A stretch of DNA of 63,353 nt, counting the filler, from Choristocarpus tenellus KU-1152 (lineage: Eukaryota > Protista > Phaeophyceae): assembly GCA_964200185.2 (NCBI GenBank). It is 10 parts of 10 records of this genome, joined end to end, with 100 filler letters (N's around TTAATTAATTAA, not from the genome) between each part and the next. Parts side by side here need not be neighbours in the genome. Positions count along the whole stretch, not along the records: positions 32,159 to 40,842 come from CAXNAD020004448.1; positions 40,943 to 47,937 come from CAXNAD020006901.1; positions 48,038 to 51,793 come from CAXNAD020018124.1; positions 51,894 to 57,025 come from CAXNAD020011774.1; 6 more parts are not named here. One strand, given 5' to 3'. Positions 38,398 through 52,082 of this stretch are shown here, in pieces (position 1 is the first letter of the stretch; each line of letters begins with the position of its first letter). Under the pieces are notes generated by a model that had not been told where the DNA came from, searched no databases, and saw only the letters and a program-made list of their open reading frames with translations. Both the position numbers and the translations under genes were made by a program.

Positions 38398-40470
38398 TCA
38401 TTCCTCTGGTCCTGTCTGGGACTGCATGGCAGAATAGAACCTACGAAGGGACACAACCACCTCTCCAAAACTGGAGGGGCGTATCACACGCTGGGAGATC
38501 CACCTAGGAAGCAGTCCAATTACCTGTAGTATTGTTCAAAGCCATGGGGGAAAGTGACGTTTGACTGTATGGACCTGAAGGCAATGGGCAGTGCATCATA
38601 TGTATGTTCGTAGAGCAGAGGGTATTGAAGTAGGGTATGTAGTACAACACACTATTGAAGGATATACGAAACGCGATGGGGGGTTGAGGACAGCACACTC
38701 CTCGCCTATCCACTCAAGCTCTACTGGAATCCCCAAAAAAAGAAAAAAAAAGATATTGAACCAAGAGAGTAAATGAACATAGAGGGCGCCGGGCTTCTAC
38801 TTCATGGTCGGTCTTATGGAGGCTTCTAGTTATTTTCATTATAGTAGTATACCATCATAATAAATACTGTAAATGGGACAGAGTATGGAACAAAATATTT
38901 TCTCACAACTCATTTCTTTTCGATGAAAAACACCATACGACTTAGGGAACACCCCCCGCTTGTCGTCACGACAATGATTGGTGTTTGTATCTTGTCCCAG
39001 CCGTAAAAAAAAAAAGGTCTACTCACGTGGTTGTCGCCATATCGCTGGTCCACCAGAAGGATACTGGAGTAGTCCTTAGCATGCCTGATGGAGCGACCAA
39101 TGGATTGGTTCACTGCTCGCATGCAAATATTCTGGTAGAACTCCCTGCCAGCACGGCCTCGACTGGAGAATTGGGTATGAAAAGGCAAGTAATGGGGTCT
39201 TACTCTCTTAGGACAATGCCACAGCAATTCACCAAAACCCTAGGATTGGGATAGCGTTTCAACTTTGCCAATTAAATATGGTGTATCGGGTTGAGCATTC
39301 TTGGACGAACTTCAGTCAATGTCTGCACCCAAACTGCCTCCAAATTTTTGAACACTCATGTTTACACCATGCTATCACAACATGTAGACAATAGAGGATA
39401 TCATTGTGTGTGTGTGTGTGTTTAGTTTGAAACATTTTCTCATGAACATTTCCTCAGATACTAAAGAGGTCTACAACTGAGAATAACTACTCCAGAGGAT
39501 AGCGTATGTACCCGATAGATAGACTCTGGGGACTTCTCTCATTTTCAGACTGTTCTCATAGTTCTCATAGTATGCCTGTCTAAAACCGCATCATAGTCTT
39601 CTGTGCTTCAGCAAAGCATGATAAATAATACAACGTACTGTTGTGATTTAGGAAGGCGTTCATTCCAAGCAAGACTCAATCTCTTGTTATCTTGATAAAA
39701 TTCTCCACTCTCCCCCCCGTGGGCAACATCAGGGTCTTTGTCCGATTTTCATTTTGAAGCCAGTTTTTCTTCCTTTACATTTCATCCATATTTCTATTGA
39801 TGAAGTGAGTGAAAGCATCTTAGAGGGTGACGAGTTTTGACCTGTTTGTCCGTTTGGGGCTTGACTTACCACCATTTTTTTTTAATAACATTTTCCTACT
39901 CCGAAAAGTTTCGGAGTAGGTAAAATGTGTACATTTTAGAGTAGGTATGAAAAGGTGTGTCCATCCAGAACAAGGATAATGACACCTCCTAACAAACACA
40001 ATAGCCAGAATTACGTCAAAATTTCAGCATTGGATTTTGACCCCCAAAATGGACGCGGCTCTACCCTCTAAGATACTTCGACTCAAGCGTTAAGTTGGAC
40101 TGTTGATCTCCATTGTTTGAGACATTTCGACAGAATCCAGCAACTATCCTACACGAATTTGTTAGCTGAATTTTGCACATATTTGTCAGCGTCTTTATAA
40201 TGAAACTCTGGGTACCTCTTGTTTACTTTGACTCTCTGTGAAATGCCAGGTATGTAACAAAAGTACTGCGAAACCAACAAAAAATGGACCATTGATATTA
40301 TCACTACTAAATCTCCAGTGCTACCATATGGCGCTAGACGGACTAACCGCCCATTACAACCTAAAGTGCAGGAGTACCTGTCCGGATTTGTCGCGTCCAG
40401 GTAGTCCATCTTCTGCCTCAGCTCTGGATCGCGCTTATCTGGATAGGGCAGGCCAACCATGACAACACAC
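38398..40470 (-). CDS. DDX11: DDX11/Chl1 (XPD-family Fe-S DNA helicase), C-terminal exons 40470-40378, 39162-39027, 38523-38398
   Basis: [20 protein letters not shown]; [31 protein letters not shown] (motif VI); LPRWI...FG; junctions are in phase. Confidence 0.9.
39807..40084 (+). mobile_element. Family-A MITE in a DDX11 intron
   Basis: GAGTGAAAGCATCTTAGAGGGT / ACCCTCTAAGATACTTCGACTC, flanks AAGT/AAGC. Confidence 0.92.
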
Positions 40471-40942
40471 CTACAGAGGATGAGAAAAGGAGTAAGAAAA
40501 AAAGATAATAATAATAATAATAATAGTCGTGATGGAGCAACAAGATCGAAGAGTTAGGGACGAGCTATAAAAAGAAAAAATACTTTATTCTCTCTGCTTT
40601 GCGTTTATTTTAACCACAAAAGGAGGAGATAACCCACCTACTTCTCACTTTCTGACTCAGGTGCACTACCTGAACATCCACACAATGGTGTTGACAAAGG
40701 AGATTTTCATTTGCCACAAATAGCAGCATAGTGTTTCTATACTTTGCTACTGTGACAAAATAGGAAAGAACAATAACAAGTCACACATGACAATCATCCG
40801 TGTGTGGGGAGGGGGAGGGGGTGGAGAGATGTAGCACCCACANNNNNNNNNNNNNNNNNNNNNNNNNNNNNNNNNNNNNNNNNNNNTTAATTAATTAANN
40901 NNNNNNNNNNNNNNNNNNNNNNNNNNNNNNNNNNNNNNNNNN

Positions 40943-41001
40943 GCCTGAATGGACACCCTGGTGTAGCCCCCCCCCCTCCCCCCCCCCAGATACTTTGAGC
41001 C
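40943..41001 (-). mobile_element. Family-B MITE end at contig start
   Basis: ATGGACACCCTGGTGTAG-C-run-AGATACTTTGAGCC. Confidence 0.85.
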
Positions 41002-42000
41002 ACGAAAACTCCAACTAGAGAGGACAACTTGGGAGTATTCCATCTAGCCAGTAGCGATGCCTTCTCCATTAAGACGAAGCACACTCCTGCACAATACCAC
41101 TTCTGAAGGAGTTAGCAGCCGAATGACTAAAAATTAAACTCGTGGGGATAAGACTCAACTGGTTGAATACGGACAAAGTTCATCAGACGACGCCTCTTCA
41201 GGGAACTCCATAGTGCGGTTCATAGTCTAAACGGACGAGATTGGATTTCTTTGATGGGGGTTGGTTTCTTAGAATTAACACCAGAATATCCTCCCCACGG
41301 ATACATAAGAAGTTATAGAAGTACTGGAAGTGGCATTGAACACATCAGCAACACCCGCTGAATTCATATGGTGATGCACAGAGAAATAGTGTATGTCAAG
41401 GTCTCTTCAGCAACATATCTTGACATAGAATTGATGTACCATTGGATGACAGTTTCCTCTCATAGACTGGGCGCCTACGTTGGTACGTTGACAGTGCATC
41501 TATGGGTAACTGAGTGTTTAAGTATCCAGACTAACCCTCTCTCTCTCTCTCTCTCTCTCTCTGCTGCAGCTATCAGGACAACAATGTAACTTACCAATTA
41601 CAGCTGCATCTACTACATCTAACACAGGCCGGTGCTTATCCTGGGAGAGGGGAAAGTGTATAATGTCCTGTACCACTTTTACTTATAAGCAATACAGGCA
41701 AATATTTGATTTTGCCGCCCATACAAAGGAACTGCACAGGATGTTTCTAAGAAAACAAGGAAAAAGTGCCACTTCCTATTATATAGATCCAATTTCATCC
41801 ATGGAGTAGTCAATGTGTGTGAGTGCATGTGTGTATCAATCAAAACCCCAAAAGATATTTTTTGTAGCCATGTGTACTCTTTCACACCCATCACTATTCA
41901 AATCACAGACCCTGTACAGTCTATACTGCGTAGTACTCCGAATATATATGTATACATGTCATGTATTTCTCATTGTGTGCAATATTTGTTACGACTTCAG

Positions 42001-43667
42001 GCCATCATGGAACACAAGGTTCAGGTCCTCGTCAATAATGTTGCAGATTCCGCTGGGACCCTCCTCTCATCCTCACCTGCGACGCGAACCCCAGGGAGGG
42101 GGTTGAGGAAGGGGAGTGGAGGAAAGCGGGGCGGGGGGGAGGGGGGCGTTGGCACTGCCAGGGGCTTGGCTGGAGGAGGCGTTGAAGGGAAGGGAGGGGG
42201 GATACAGAGTGGGGTAGAGAAAAGGGCGGAAGAGGCAAGCAGGGCACTCAGCAAAGACGTTGACCAGCTGCAAAGGTGATGAAGCATGTCGAGTTGGTGT
42301 GGTTCAGGTGGTTTCTGAGGGGGTGGTAAAGGATGGCGATGGGGTGCAATTGTGTCACGAAAAAGAAATCGATTTGTATATTTGCTTTGTAATACTCTTG
42401 AAGGTTTGTTTCGCTATGTATGTACTACTGTGCGTAATGTACAAGTTATGCGATATATGCTAGAGGTCCACTGTATCAGGAAAGGTATGAACACTGCAGT
42501 ATGCAGTTATCACAAAATTTTCAACCAAGTCAAGTCAAGGCAATGAAAGACAGAAAGCCAGGGATCTCCAAGATGGTAGAATGTGTGTGTGAAAGTGAGC
42601 TTGTAAGAGTTTTCTTGTTAGAGGTATGGCCAGGATAGGTTAGTGGAGAACTTGGGAAACTGACAGTAAGCCAGCAGTGGAAGAGGGGATAAAGAAAGTC
42701 AGAAGGGATAAGAAGGTTTGGGGAAGGGCGGGTAGATTGCCTTTCCTGTAGGCTTGTAGAGCATTGTGCCAATAATTTCTTACCCTATTTGTGCCAGTAA
42801 AATTCTATCTGCAAATAGTAGTGGTATGGACCCCTCTAATTGAAATCCTAGAGTCGATTTAAGCACTTGAGAGGTCAGATAAAGGACATGTAGAAAACTT
42901 CACAGCAAGTGCAGGTCCAATTGATTGTTGTTGATGCTTCATTTGCGTGTAGTTGGTCAAAATAATGTATGTCTAGCAAGTGAAACCTTGTTGAACCAAA
43001 AACACACCGAAATGATGTGAATAAGGCAGTGTAAAGCTCGACAGCATTCATCTTCATGTTCACCATCCGCAGCCAACAAATCAAGTGAGTCAGAAGTGTA
43101 GTTGTACATCATCTCATAAGCTAATGTTCAGCGTGGAAACAACAGGAGATGGGACGTGTTTGTAGAGATGATAGAGGATATGTTGTTCAGGGCGGTACAT
43201 GACACCCCTTGCCACAGCTAATACCTTAGTGGCAGTTCATGACCCCCCTCATTCTCCTGTGACAGGCATTTCTCGTTCCTCTTTCCCCACCCCACCTCGC
43301 CCTTCCATGATTTCAAAGTATATTTTTCCTGAGGCTATTTTTCTTCCCCTACTATTTAGCAGAAGTTCCTGCTACTTTGCTCTCCACTGGTCTTCCGCCT
43401 TACAATCCTTTCACTGTGCACATCCACCTTGATAGGCTTGTGCAAGCTGCTATCACAGCCCTGAACCTCGCTGCTGAGGAAGATCGAAGGCGCCACCTTC
43501 AAACTAAACGACGGGGCGGGGGAGCTAGGCAAGTAGAGACTCCAGCCTCTACCAAATGTTCCTGCACCCCCTCATCATCGTCATCTTGCTCATCCCGGTC
43601 TCATGTAACCCAGGCTTCAATCCCAGGGTCAACTGACACCTTCGAACAGAAGAGCTCTCGCTGCTAG
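42001..43667 (+). CDS. 3' exons (42001-42275, 43436-43667) of an unknown Gly-rich/coiled-coil protein
   Basis: TTCAG|GCC acceptor, AG|GTGATG donor, TAG|G acceptor; the in-frame join reads DVDQLQR|LVQAAITALN. Confidence 0.55.
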
Positions 43668-46149
43668 ACAGTCTGTTGAGCACACCTCACATGTGCATCA
43701 CACCCCATAAAGTCAACACAGCATGCACATAGCAATGGCAAGTGGCAGGGGTGGGTTGATTGAGAACGTGTTGAAAAGGAATGGGAGGTGTAGTTGCATT
43801 GAATGCAGCAGGACTTGTCAGAAAGCTGCTCTCCCACATTGCAGGTGATGAAAGGTCAAGGTATACATTGTCGAACATAGTGCAATATCTCAAAAGCACC
43901 CACCCACAATGTCAGAATTCCTAGAGCTGTCTTCATATACTTACCCCTTACACTTTAGTGACGTGACGGAGAGGATGATGTTTGCAAGTACTACCTAGAG
44001 CTCTAGCATGTACATATGAAGGTGTTCATTTAAGACAGGCAGGTCACCAAAGAGATGACAACCGTGCATGATAAGTTCCTAAAATCTTCTGTTATCAAAA
44101 GGTAATCCCACCTGTCTGCTGTGTAAGAAGCGTAGATCCCTAGCGAGAATGTCATCACCCACGCTTAAACCAGCAAGTTTGTTGTACACTTGTTGCCTTT
44201 TCCAATCCCGATTTCAAAGGATGCAGTCGTATCCTCCTCAGAGGTCCGGGTTTGAACTATCCTATAGCCCTTCTCAAGCAATCAATAGCTCGAGGACAAT
44301 TGAGTTGCAAAAATGACAGTTGACACAACTCTTCCATCTTGATGAAGTGGTGCACAGTCGGCTATTCGACCTGTACATCAGGTCACAAGTTGAGATATTC
44401 GACCCATTAGCGTTTGTACTCGTGTGTGGTATGTTCTGTATTGGATTGATTGCACAAACATATTTCAGTTAGACCTGAAAGATCTCTTCTTCCACCCCAC
44501 GGAATCCAATCCCACCAGGGAGTGCAATGGATACTGTTTGGCTGAACTTTTGGAAGTCCAGCTACTGCAGATATTTGCTCATTTGTTATCAGCAGAGACT
44601 GAGCTCTTTGTCACATGTTTGTCTGTTTAGTTGAGTGTTACGACTTGATGTTGTCAGTACATTCCTGACTTTTTGTGGAATTTATAGCGTGGTGATGAAT
44701 TAAAGTCAACATGTAGAAACAACGTAGGAAATGAGGATAGATTTGTCACATGGACACTCTCGTGTGGATATCTTGCCATGCCTATTAGGGTGCCTAATTG
44801 TGTAGCATGTTGATTTTTCAAGCACAAAACATGTGCATCATATCAAGAAGGAGGTGATTTGCTTGGATGCCACCTGTGCCCCTTAACCCCCCACCCTTCT
44901 TCCTGCTGTACTACATATATACTTCTTGTGATTTGCTGCAATTAAAAACTTAAGTCTTTGTGATTTCTAAGCGTAGAGGAGTGTATCTGTGCTCCAGGTG
45001 TGAAGATGCAATGATAATTTTTAAAACATCACTGCCTGGAAAATGAATGTCCTTCCCACTAAAGGAACACAACAATAAATTGCTCTATGGGCATCACTGC
45101 ATGATTGCGGGTGTATCTGTGTAGTAGCAATGCTGCCCAATTGGTGATGCACTCCAAACCTTCTCAAAAAAATAGTATATGTGGTCGCATTCCAGTTGCA
45201 GCACAATGGTAGGGCACAATGGCTGTATCCCCTCAATTCTGACAACAATACTGTCTCTGTTTTATTGATATATTTACAATGTTTCTAATCATAACCATAT
45301 CCTCCTGCTATTCACTATATTTAATGTTAGCCAGATGATTAATGCTTGGTTTTTTGAGCTGTACCTACCACTAAAAAAATTCTTCGACTCTCCCTCTCCA
45401 AAAAATGTGAGTAAAATTAATATATCAAGACAACCTACTCTAGGTCTTGAGTATGCACCAAGCCTACAGAAATTGCAAGGAATTTAGCATTTGCAAGCAA
45501 AGTGATACTGGAAGTACTCATACTACAACATGATCAGTGTTGCCAGGAAGGACTACCAAAAATACAATGATATCTTACGCTGACTGGCGTAGTGCTGTAC
45601 AAGAGCATTTGCCATTTGGGTGAACTCTTACAATAATGGGTGACCAATTTCAAGTTGGTAATTATGAGGTTCGGCATCCTTCTACAATGTGCCATGAACT
45701 TGTTGGTTGAGAACATATCGTCTCATCCCAGTGTCCTATCCACCTATTGGGTTGTTGTCTGTTATCATCTCAAGACCAGGTTGCCTCACGAATGTATATC
45801 CATATCGATGAGAAAGCAGGCCGTTCCTCAGGTGAAGTTACGAGCATTCCCACCTCAGTTTCTTGTAGAGTGCATGGGGTGAAGTACATAGTAAAAGGTC
45901 AATTGTGAAACACACTTTCAGGACATACTGCAGTCTTGAGGAATGGTGCCCAGTATGTACCTTGATTATGACTGAACACAAGAAAGTCATTGCTGAGTAC
46001 AAAGCACTTGGGAGTAGTAACTTGTGGCATCCATATATTTGAGCATGGATGTGTACTCTATGCAAGTACGTATCTACAACTACTCTGGAGCATATCCCTC
46101 CCACCTCTTGCTCCTGAGCCCATTACGAACGACAAACAGCTCAACTTAC

Positions 46150-46285
46150 CTTCAAAGGAGCTACACTCGCGTGGAATGGTCAGGGTATCACCCATCATGA
46201 CCAAGTGCACCATCCCATCAAAAAGATATTCATCCCATGGTGTACTCCCTCCCCCACACATGACTTCCCATATAATCACCCCAAA
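46150..46285 (-). pseudogene. Isolated protein kinase (TKL/Tyr-kinase-like) subdomain IX-X exon
   Basis: FGVIIWEVMCGGGSTPWDEY...GDTLTIP, bounded by TTGCAG| and |GTAAGT; other kinase subdomains not found intact. Confidence 0.6.
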
Positions 46286-47358
46286 CTGCAAGGAGCGGGA
46301 TCACATGGTGATGCGGGCATGGAAAGGTGGTCAGAATCGTTGTGCAAGTGTCGTTAGGAAAGAGATAAGTAGCTCGGCATGATGCCTTTCAAAGTATATG
46401 CGGAAATGTGAGAGAACTTGCACCACCAGCAGAGATTTTGTTGGTATTAATGGAGAAACTTTATTTTTCATTAGTGGGTACACAGGAATGCTGTGAAGTA
46501 ACTCTGTGTGAAAGACTCTCAACGTATATTTTGCTCAGGAATGTACATGCCATAACTTCAGCGTATGAGATGCATCTTTGAGATTTGACTACTTTGTTCT
46601 GAGTATCATACACAACATGATTGGCAAATAGCATTTTGCATGAATATGGATAAGAACTAACCATGTCATTCCCACCTTGGGTAATACAGGCTTCAAGTGT
46701 AGAAAAGGTGTAGAACACGAGATATCATTTCGAAGCCATTAGAGTCGATCATTGACAGAGCCATTCGAAAGTGATTGACACGTCAAAACATTGACATAAA
46801 TGTCTGGGGAAATTCAACCAATCACAAGAAGTATGAACCACAGCTAACTTCGGACGAAGATTTAGATCCAATAAAAATATGTGCTGAAAGTAATGTGTTT
46901 AGATCGGAATTGTCGCCACATACATGCCTTCAACTTCTCAACAGAACAATACATGGTCCAGGAATCAAACTGGAGATAAAGAAAATAATCAGAATTGTGC
47001 ATCGCATACACCTCACATATAATGCAGTCTTACTTTACAAATTCGGGACTGCATGCTCCTTGACGCCTCAGATAATGTTCCATAAGCCTCCACATCGGAT
47101 ACACCACGGCTGTAAAAAAATAACCACAATAAACGAGCCTCGTCTAAACCCTACAGGCTTGTGGATTAAAGATACAAATCCCATTGTGGTAAGATTGCGG
47201 AGCACTTTGTAACAAAGAGGCACAACGCATCATCAAAGATAAGAAGAAAGCACTGAACAGGGCATGTGACAGAAATGTGTAACAGAGAATTGTGAAGAAA
47301 TACACAAACAAGTGACAGTTATTGTAATACTCCTTATGTCCCCCATAAGTCTGGGCCA

Positions 47359-47735
47359 TTACGTTGTAGCTCTTCGGGATGACCTCCATTACAAAACGGA
47401 CCTTTGTGTTGGATTCCTTGGAATATTTTACATTAAAAACTATGTCCCACCTATTTGAAACCTTCAAACCACCAATCCAGGGCTGCCACAGAGGCCACTT
47501 GGTCTACTTCCGACTGACCTGGCCAACCCGCCCTCCCACTGCTGGTATGTTACGTTGTAGCTCTTCGGGATGACCTCCATTACAAAACGGACCTTTGTGT
47601 TGGATTCCTTGGAATATTTTACATTAAAAACTATGTCTCGCCTTTATTCGACACCTTCAACCCACCAATCCAGGGCTGCCACGGAGGCCACTCGGTCTAC
47701 TTCCGACTGATCTAGCCAACCCACCCTCCCATTGC
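47359..47735 (+). repeat. Tandem duplication, unit about 191 bp x2
   Basis: TTACGTTGTAGCTCTTCGGGATGACCTCC... at 47359 and about 47550. Confidence 0.9.
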
Positions 47736-48037
47736 CTTTTTTTGGTCCCAGTGTTCTCTACCTCGAAATCATTCCCCCCCGGTGCCCTTAACACCTGATT
47801 GTACCTCTTAAACAGACTCTGCCACGCCCTCCCAAGAGCGTGTCTGCGTCGTACACATGGAACATGCTTGAAACCCCCCTACAAGTTCATCAACAGTGCC
47901 GTAACGCTCCGCCCAAACCCTGCTCTTCAATGTTGCANNNNNNNNNNNNNNNNNNNNNNNNNNNNNNNNNNNNNNNNNNNNTTAATTAATTAANNNNNNN
48001 NNNNNNNNNNNNNNNNNNNNNNNNNNNNNNNNNNNNN

Positions 48038-48318
48038 GGGTCCTTAGAAGACAGCCAGGTCAGGTTACGTGTAGTAACTATTGCACCGGTCGAAATAAGA
48101 ACACAGTACGCATCACGGGCGTGATTGATCTCCGGCCCTAGGTAAGAACACCAGTTACTTGTGTAAAGTTGTGTATCCTGGTGGCGTGTTTAGCCTTTTG
48201 ACAGAAGTGTAGCCATGGCGAGATTCGCTCCCACGAGAGTAGCGTTTGATAGAGTACTAGTAAGTTGACTGACTACCTGCTCGGTAGACAGCGGTTTGCT
48301 AGTCTTCTAGCAACTACA
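48038..48318. mobile_element. Possible LTR 3' portion
   Basis: CpG-rich block at contig start that ends in ...ACTACA with an abrupt compositional change. Confidence 0.3.
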
Positions 48319-50039
48319 TGTTAAAACATAGGCTACATTCGATATGCTATGATACGATACAGTATCGTCAGTCCATACTTGACGTTAATTTGTCCATTGC
48401 AATGGTTGATATTCCCACTTACATCATTAGCTCATTAGTTCATCATCACTTACTCAACCACTGTCAGAACATCACACTACATAGGAAGCATGAGAACATT
48501 CACTACCTATCATACATGCATACTATGTGCCATAGTAGTTACCTTCCATCTGGATTCAACCTTGCTTTCTCGTTTCTTCCTCGTTTTACTTCTTCCTTCT
48601 CACACAAGTTGTTAGTCTCATACCATGTGTTGATCATTGTTTTTGCTTGACGGGCATTGACCCCTTATAAGACATCCTATACACTCTGCAATACATACCA
48701 GACACGCTCCAGGATGCAATATAATCAGAGTTTAAAGCATCCTTCGAAACCCTTCTCAGCCAAGGTGACAACCCTCTTCACAGAGGGTGAATTTCTTCAT
48801 TTGAGTTTCTCAATGATTGACCACACACTTTCTATCAATCATAGTCCGCTTGAATAAAACATGCCACAGACGTACCAGTACACATTTCACTTCAACCAAA
48901 GTCTGATTGAGTAAAACATCCCTTCAGACGCACCAGACCGAACCCGCTGGTGTCTTGTTGCATTATGACACACGCCTGTCTCTAAGCGTGTTAATCACAG
49001 CACAACAAAACATACCTTCACATCGAACATTTTCTGATTGAGTAAACAAGTCATCCGACCTATCAGAACAAATTCATCAGTGCTTTGTCGCGCTATGATC
49101 CTCTTCACCATAAACCAGACATATCACAACAATGCACAACTTATACGAAATCAGGTTTCAACACAGAAGAGTCGACGTCACACAGGACGAGGCTGGAGAT
49201 ATCGACCTAACCCACCCTGGGCCTAGAGATGTCGATCTCACCCAAGAGGGGAATGGAAGAGATGTCGATTGTGGAGGATCGATGTTTGAGGCTACTACAT
49301 CAGTGGAGGATGCTGAAGCGAAGAGTACGCTTCCACCTAAGGGGGTTGAAGTGAATGCCACAGTCTCAGGGGGGATAGCTGGGGGAGGGGGACCACCCCA
49401 AAGATAGCTCCGGCAGTTATTGGTCCAGGGGGGCCAACAAGTATGACTGTAGCATCAGAGTCCCCACACATGGATTTAGGGAGAGATTAATGCCTGAGGA
49501 TGTTCAACCAGGTCCAGGTGGGACTGTGGACGAGTCCAGTCAAGGTGCTGCTCAGAAAGTTCTACTAAGTCCTATGGCAACAGGGAATGCTCGTTTGGAG
49601 AGCTGTCATTGGTGATGTGGACCCACTGTAACAGCAGGGGAGTATGAGGAAGAAGATACTGCGACATGTGGATCCCAATAGTGACCTTCCACCTGAACCA
49701 GGAGAACTATTGGAGGAATTAGGTGGAGATGACACTGTCGAATTTTTTCAAGTCCACAGGTACCTAGAAATGAGCGGGAATTGGGACTGGAGCCAGTGAG
49801 ATCTGATGGAGTATTAGATACAGGCATGGGGAATGTGTGAATCAGAAGTCGCAGCTGGGGAGTGTGGGAAATACCTTGATACTGAGACTTTCTGATCACA
49901 ACGGAGACCCTACATCTGAGCCAAGTGAGAGACAACTGAGGTATGAGCAGAGACTGGGAGGTCTGCTTGGTGGGAAAGATAGACTCCTCCCACCAGAACC
50001 CAAGAAAATGCGAGAGACAATGGAATTGGAGGAGTGACC

Positions 50040-51720
50040 CTTGTGGAAAGGGATCGTGGATGAGAAAATGGGCATAGACAGCAGACATTCAAATACCCAG
50101 TTTGCTTACCCATTAAATAGCGACAATGTTTTCGATCGAGGCAGATTGATGGTAAAGGGAGAGTGCAGGGGTCGAAGGCGGGACTAGGACAGCTGGAAGG
50201 ACAAAGAAGGTGGAGCAGGAGGGGCCTGTTCTAGACGTCTACAGATCAAGGGCTGATGTCAGAGGAACCGGGGGCTGGCTATGCCGTGGATGTCATCAAG
50301 GAAATTAATAAGTTCCCGGTGGTGAATTTGGGTGGAGTGATCAAATTCATGGGATGTAGGATCAGGAGGAACAGGAAAACTGAGTCATCTGTGGTGGACT
50401 AAGCTTTGCTGCTAGAGAGTTGGCATTTTGTGTTGAGAATCCAAGTTTGTCTGATTGGTTGAATGCTAGGAGAGTGATTGGGTATCTCTTGGGTACTTTA
50501 GATCATGGCATTACTTTTGGAGACTTTGGATCGTATTGGAACGAACCAAGGGATCAGTAAATTGGCTATACAGATGCTGATTATGCAAACTACAAGGATA
50601 GCAGATTGTCTAACCTGGTGGTGTTGTGATGTTTGGGGGTTGATGTGTTGATAGGTGATCTAGGAAGTAGAAAATGGTTACGCTGCCTACTGCTCAGGCT
50701 GAGTAGGTTGCACTGTGTGAGTTGGGGAAAGAGGTTATGTTCCTCAAGCAAGGGCACATGTTCATGCAACCACATTGTAAGGATTACTCGGTATCTTTGT
50801 TTGAGGATAATGATTGCTCAGATGATCTGGACAGTAGGGGAGTGTGGATACAAGTACCTCGCCCCATTGATGGCCACAAGGTACTTGGGACAAAGAAGGG
50901 TTCGACCGAGGCAGATAGATGGCAAAGGGAGAGTGCAGAGGTCCAAGGTGGGAGTAGGATTCCTGGAAGGGGAAGATTTGCTGGAGCTGGGATTGGAGTG
51001 ATCTGAGGCAGATCCGTGTTTGTTCAGATTGATTGTGTATGGTAAGGCTATGATAATAATGATTGTTCATGTTGGTCACATACTGATGGCAGAGGAACCA
51101 GGGACTGGCTATGCTGCGGGTGTCATCGAGGGACTAAATATGAAGTTCCTGGTGATGAATTTGGGAGAGGTGACCAAATTCATGGGATGCAGGATAAGGT
51201 GGAACAGGAAAACTAAGAGACTTGAGGTGGACCAGAGTTTGCAATTGGAGGGTTGGCATTTTGTGTGGAGAATTTAAGTTGGTCGGATTAATTGAGTGCT
51301 AAGAGTGAAATCGTGTATCTGCTAGATACTAAAGAGCTTGGCATTACCTTTGGAGATTGGGGTTGTATGGGAATGGACCAAGTAATCAGTTATTTAGCTA
51401 TACAGATGCTGATTATGCAGACTGCAAGGACAGTAGACTGTCGATTTCTGGTGGCGTTGTTATATGATGTGTTGATTTGGTGATTGTTTGAAGTTCCACA
51501 AGAAGTTCAAAGCAGGGAATATGTCAAGGTTATGCTTTAAATTCATGTGGGAAAATACTTACTAAGGAAACAACCAATTGTTAATAATTAGACTGTCGAT
51601 GGAAACTGTTGGGTAACTGTTGGAAAACTGGATAGTTGATAGTACTCTTTTATTGAGTGACTAAGAGAACAATATCCAGGTTGTTGCAGTATCATAAGAA
51701 TCCTGGAAAAGGAATGTTGT
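50040..51720 (+). mobile_element. Highly decayed Copia RT/RNase H remnants, two related blocks
   Basis: EADPCLF..IVHVG..LGEVTKFMGCRI..VDQ and GYTDADYA-like sequences; blocks at about 50137-50650 and 50907-51480 are homologous. Confidence 0.75.
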
Positions 51721-51729
51721 AGCGAGTAA

Positions 51730-51793
51730 TAGCCAAAGTATCTTAGAGGGTAGAGCCGCGTCCATTTGGGGGCCAAAATCCAATGTTGCGATT
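51730..51793 (-). mobile_element. Family-A MITE end at contig break
   Basis: AGCCAAAGTATCTTAGAGGGTAGAGCCGCGTCCATTTGG. Confidence 0.88.
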
Positions 51794-51896
51794 NNNNNNN
51801 NNNNNNNNNNNNNNNNNNNNNNNNNNNNNNNNNNNNNTTAATTAATTAANNNNNNNNNNNNNNNNNNNNNNNNNNNNNNNNNNNNNNNNNNNNGGA

Positions 51897-52082
51897 GGGT
51901 CAAAGTATCTTGGGGGGGGGGGGGGGTCGGCGTCCGTTTTTCACCCTTTTTTCGATTTTCACTTTTTTGGTGTGATTTTGTCGCACGTGTCGGATTGGCA
52001 ATGCCAGCAAAAAAAATAGTTGTTTGACCGAAACGGACGCCCCCTCACAAACCACACACACACACCCCAGATACTTTGACCC
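51897..52082 (+). mobile_element. Family-C MITE, complete
   Basis: TIR GGGTCAAAGTATCT / AGATACTTTGACCC, with inner GGCGTCCGTTT / AAACGGACGCC. Confidence 0.88.
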
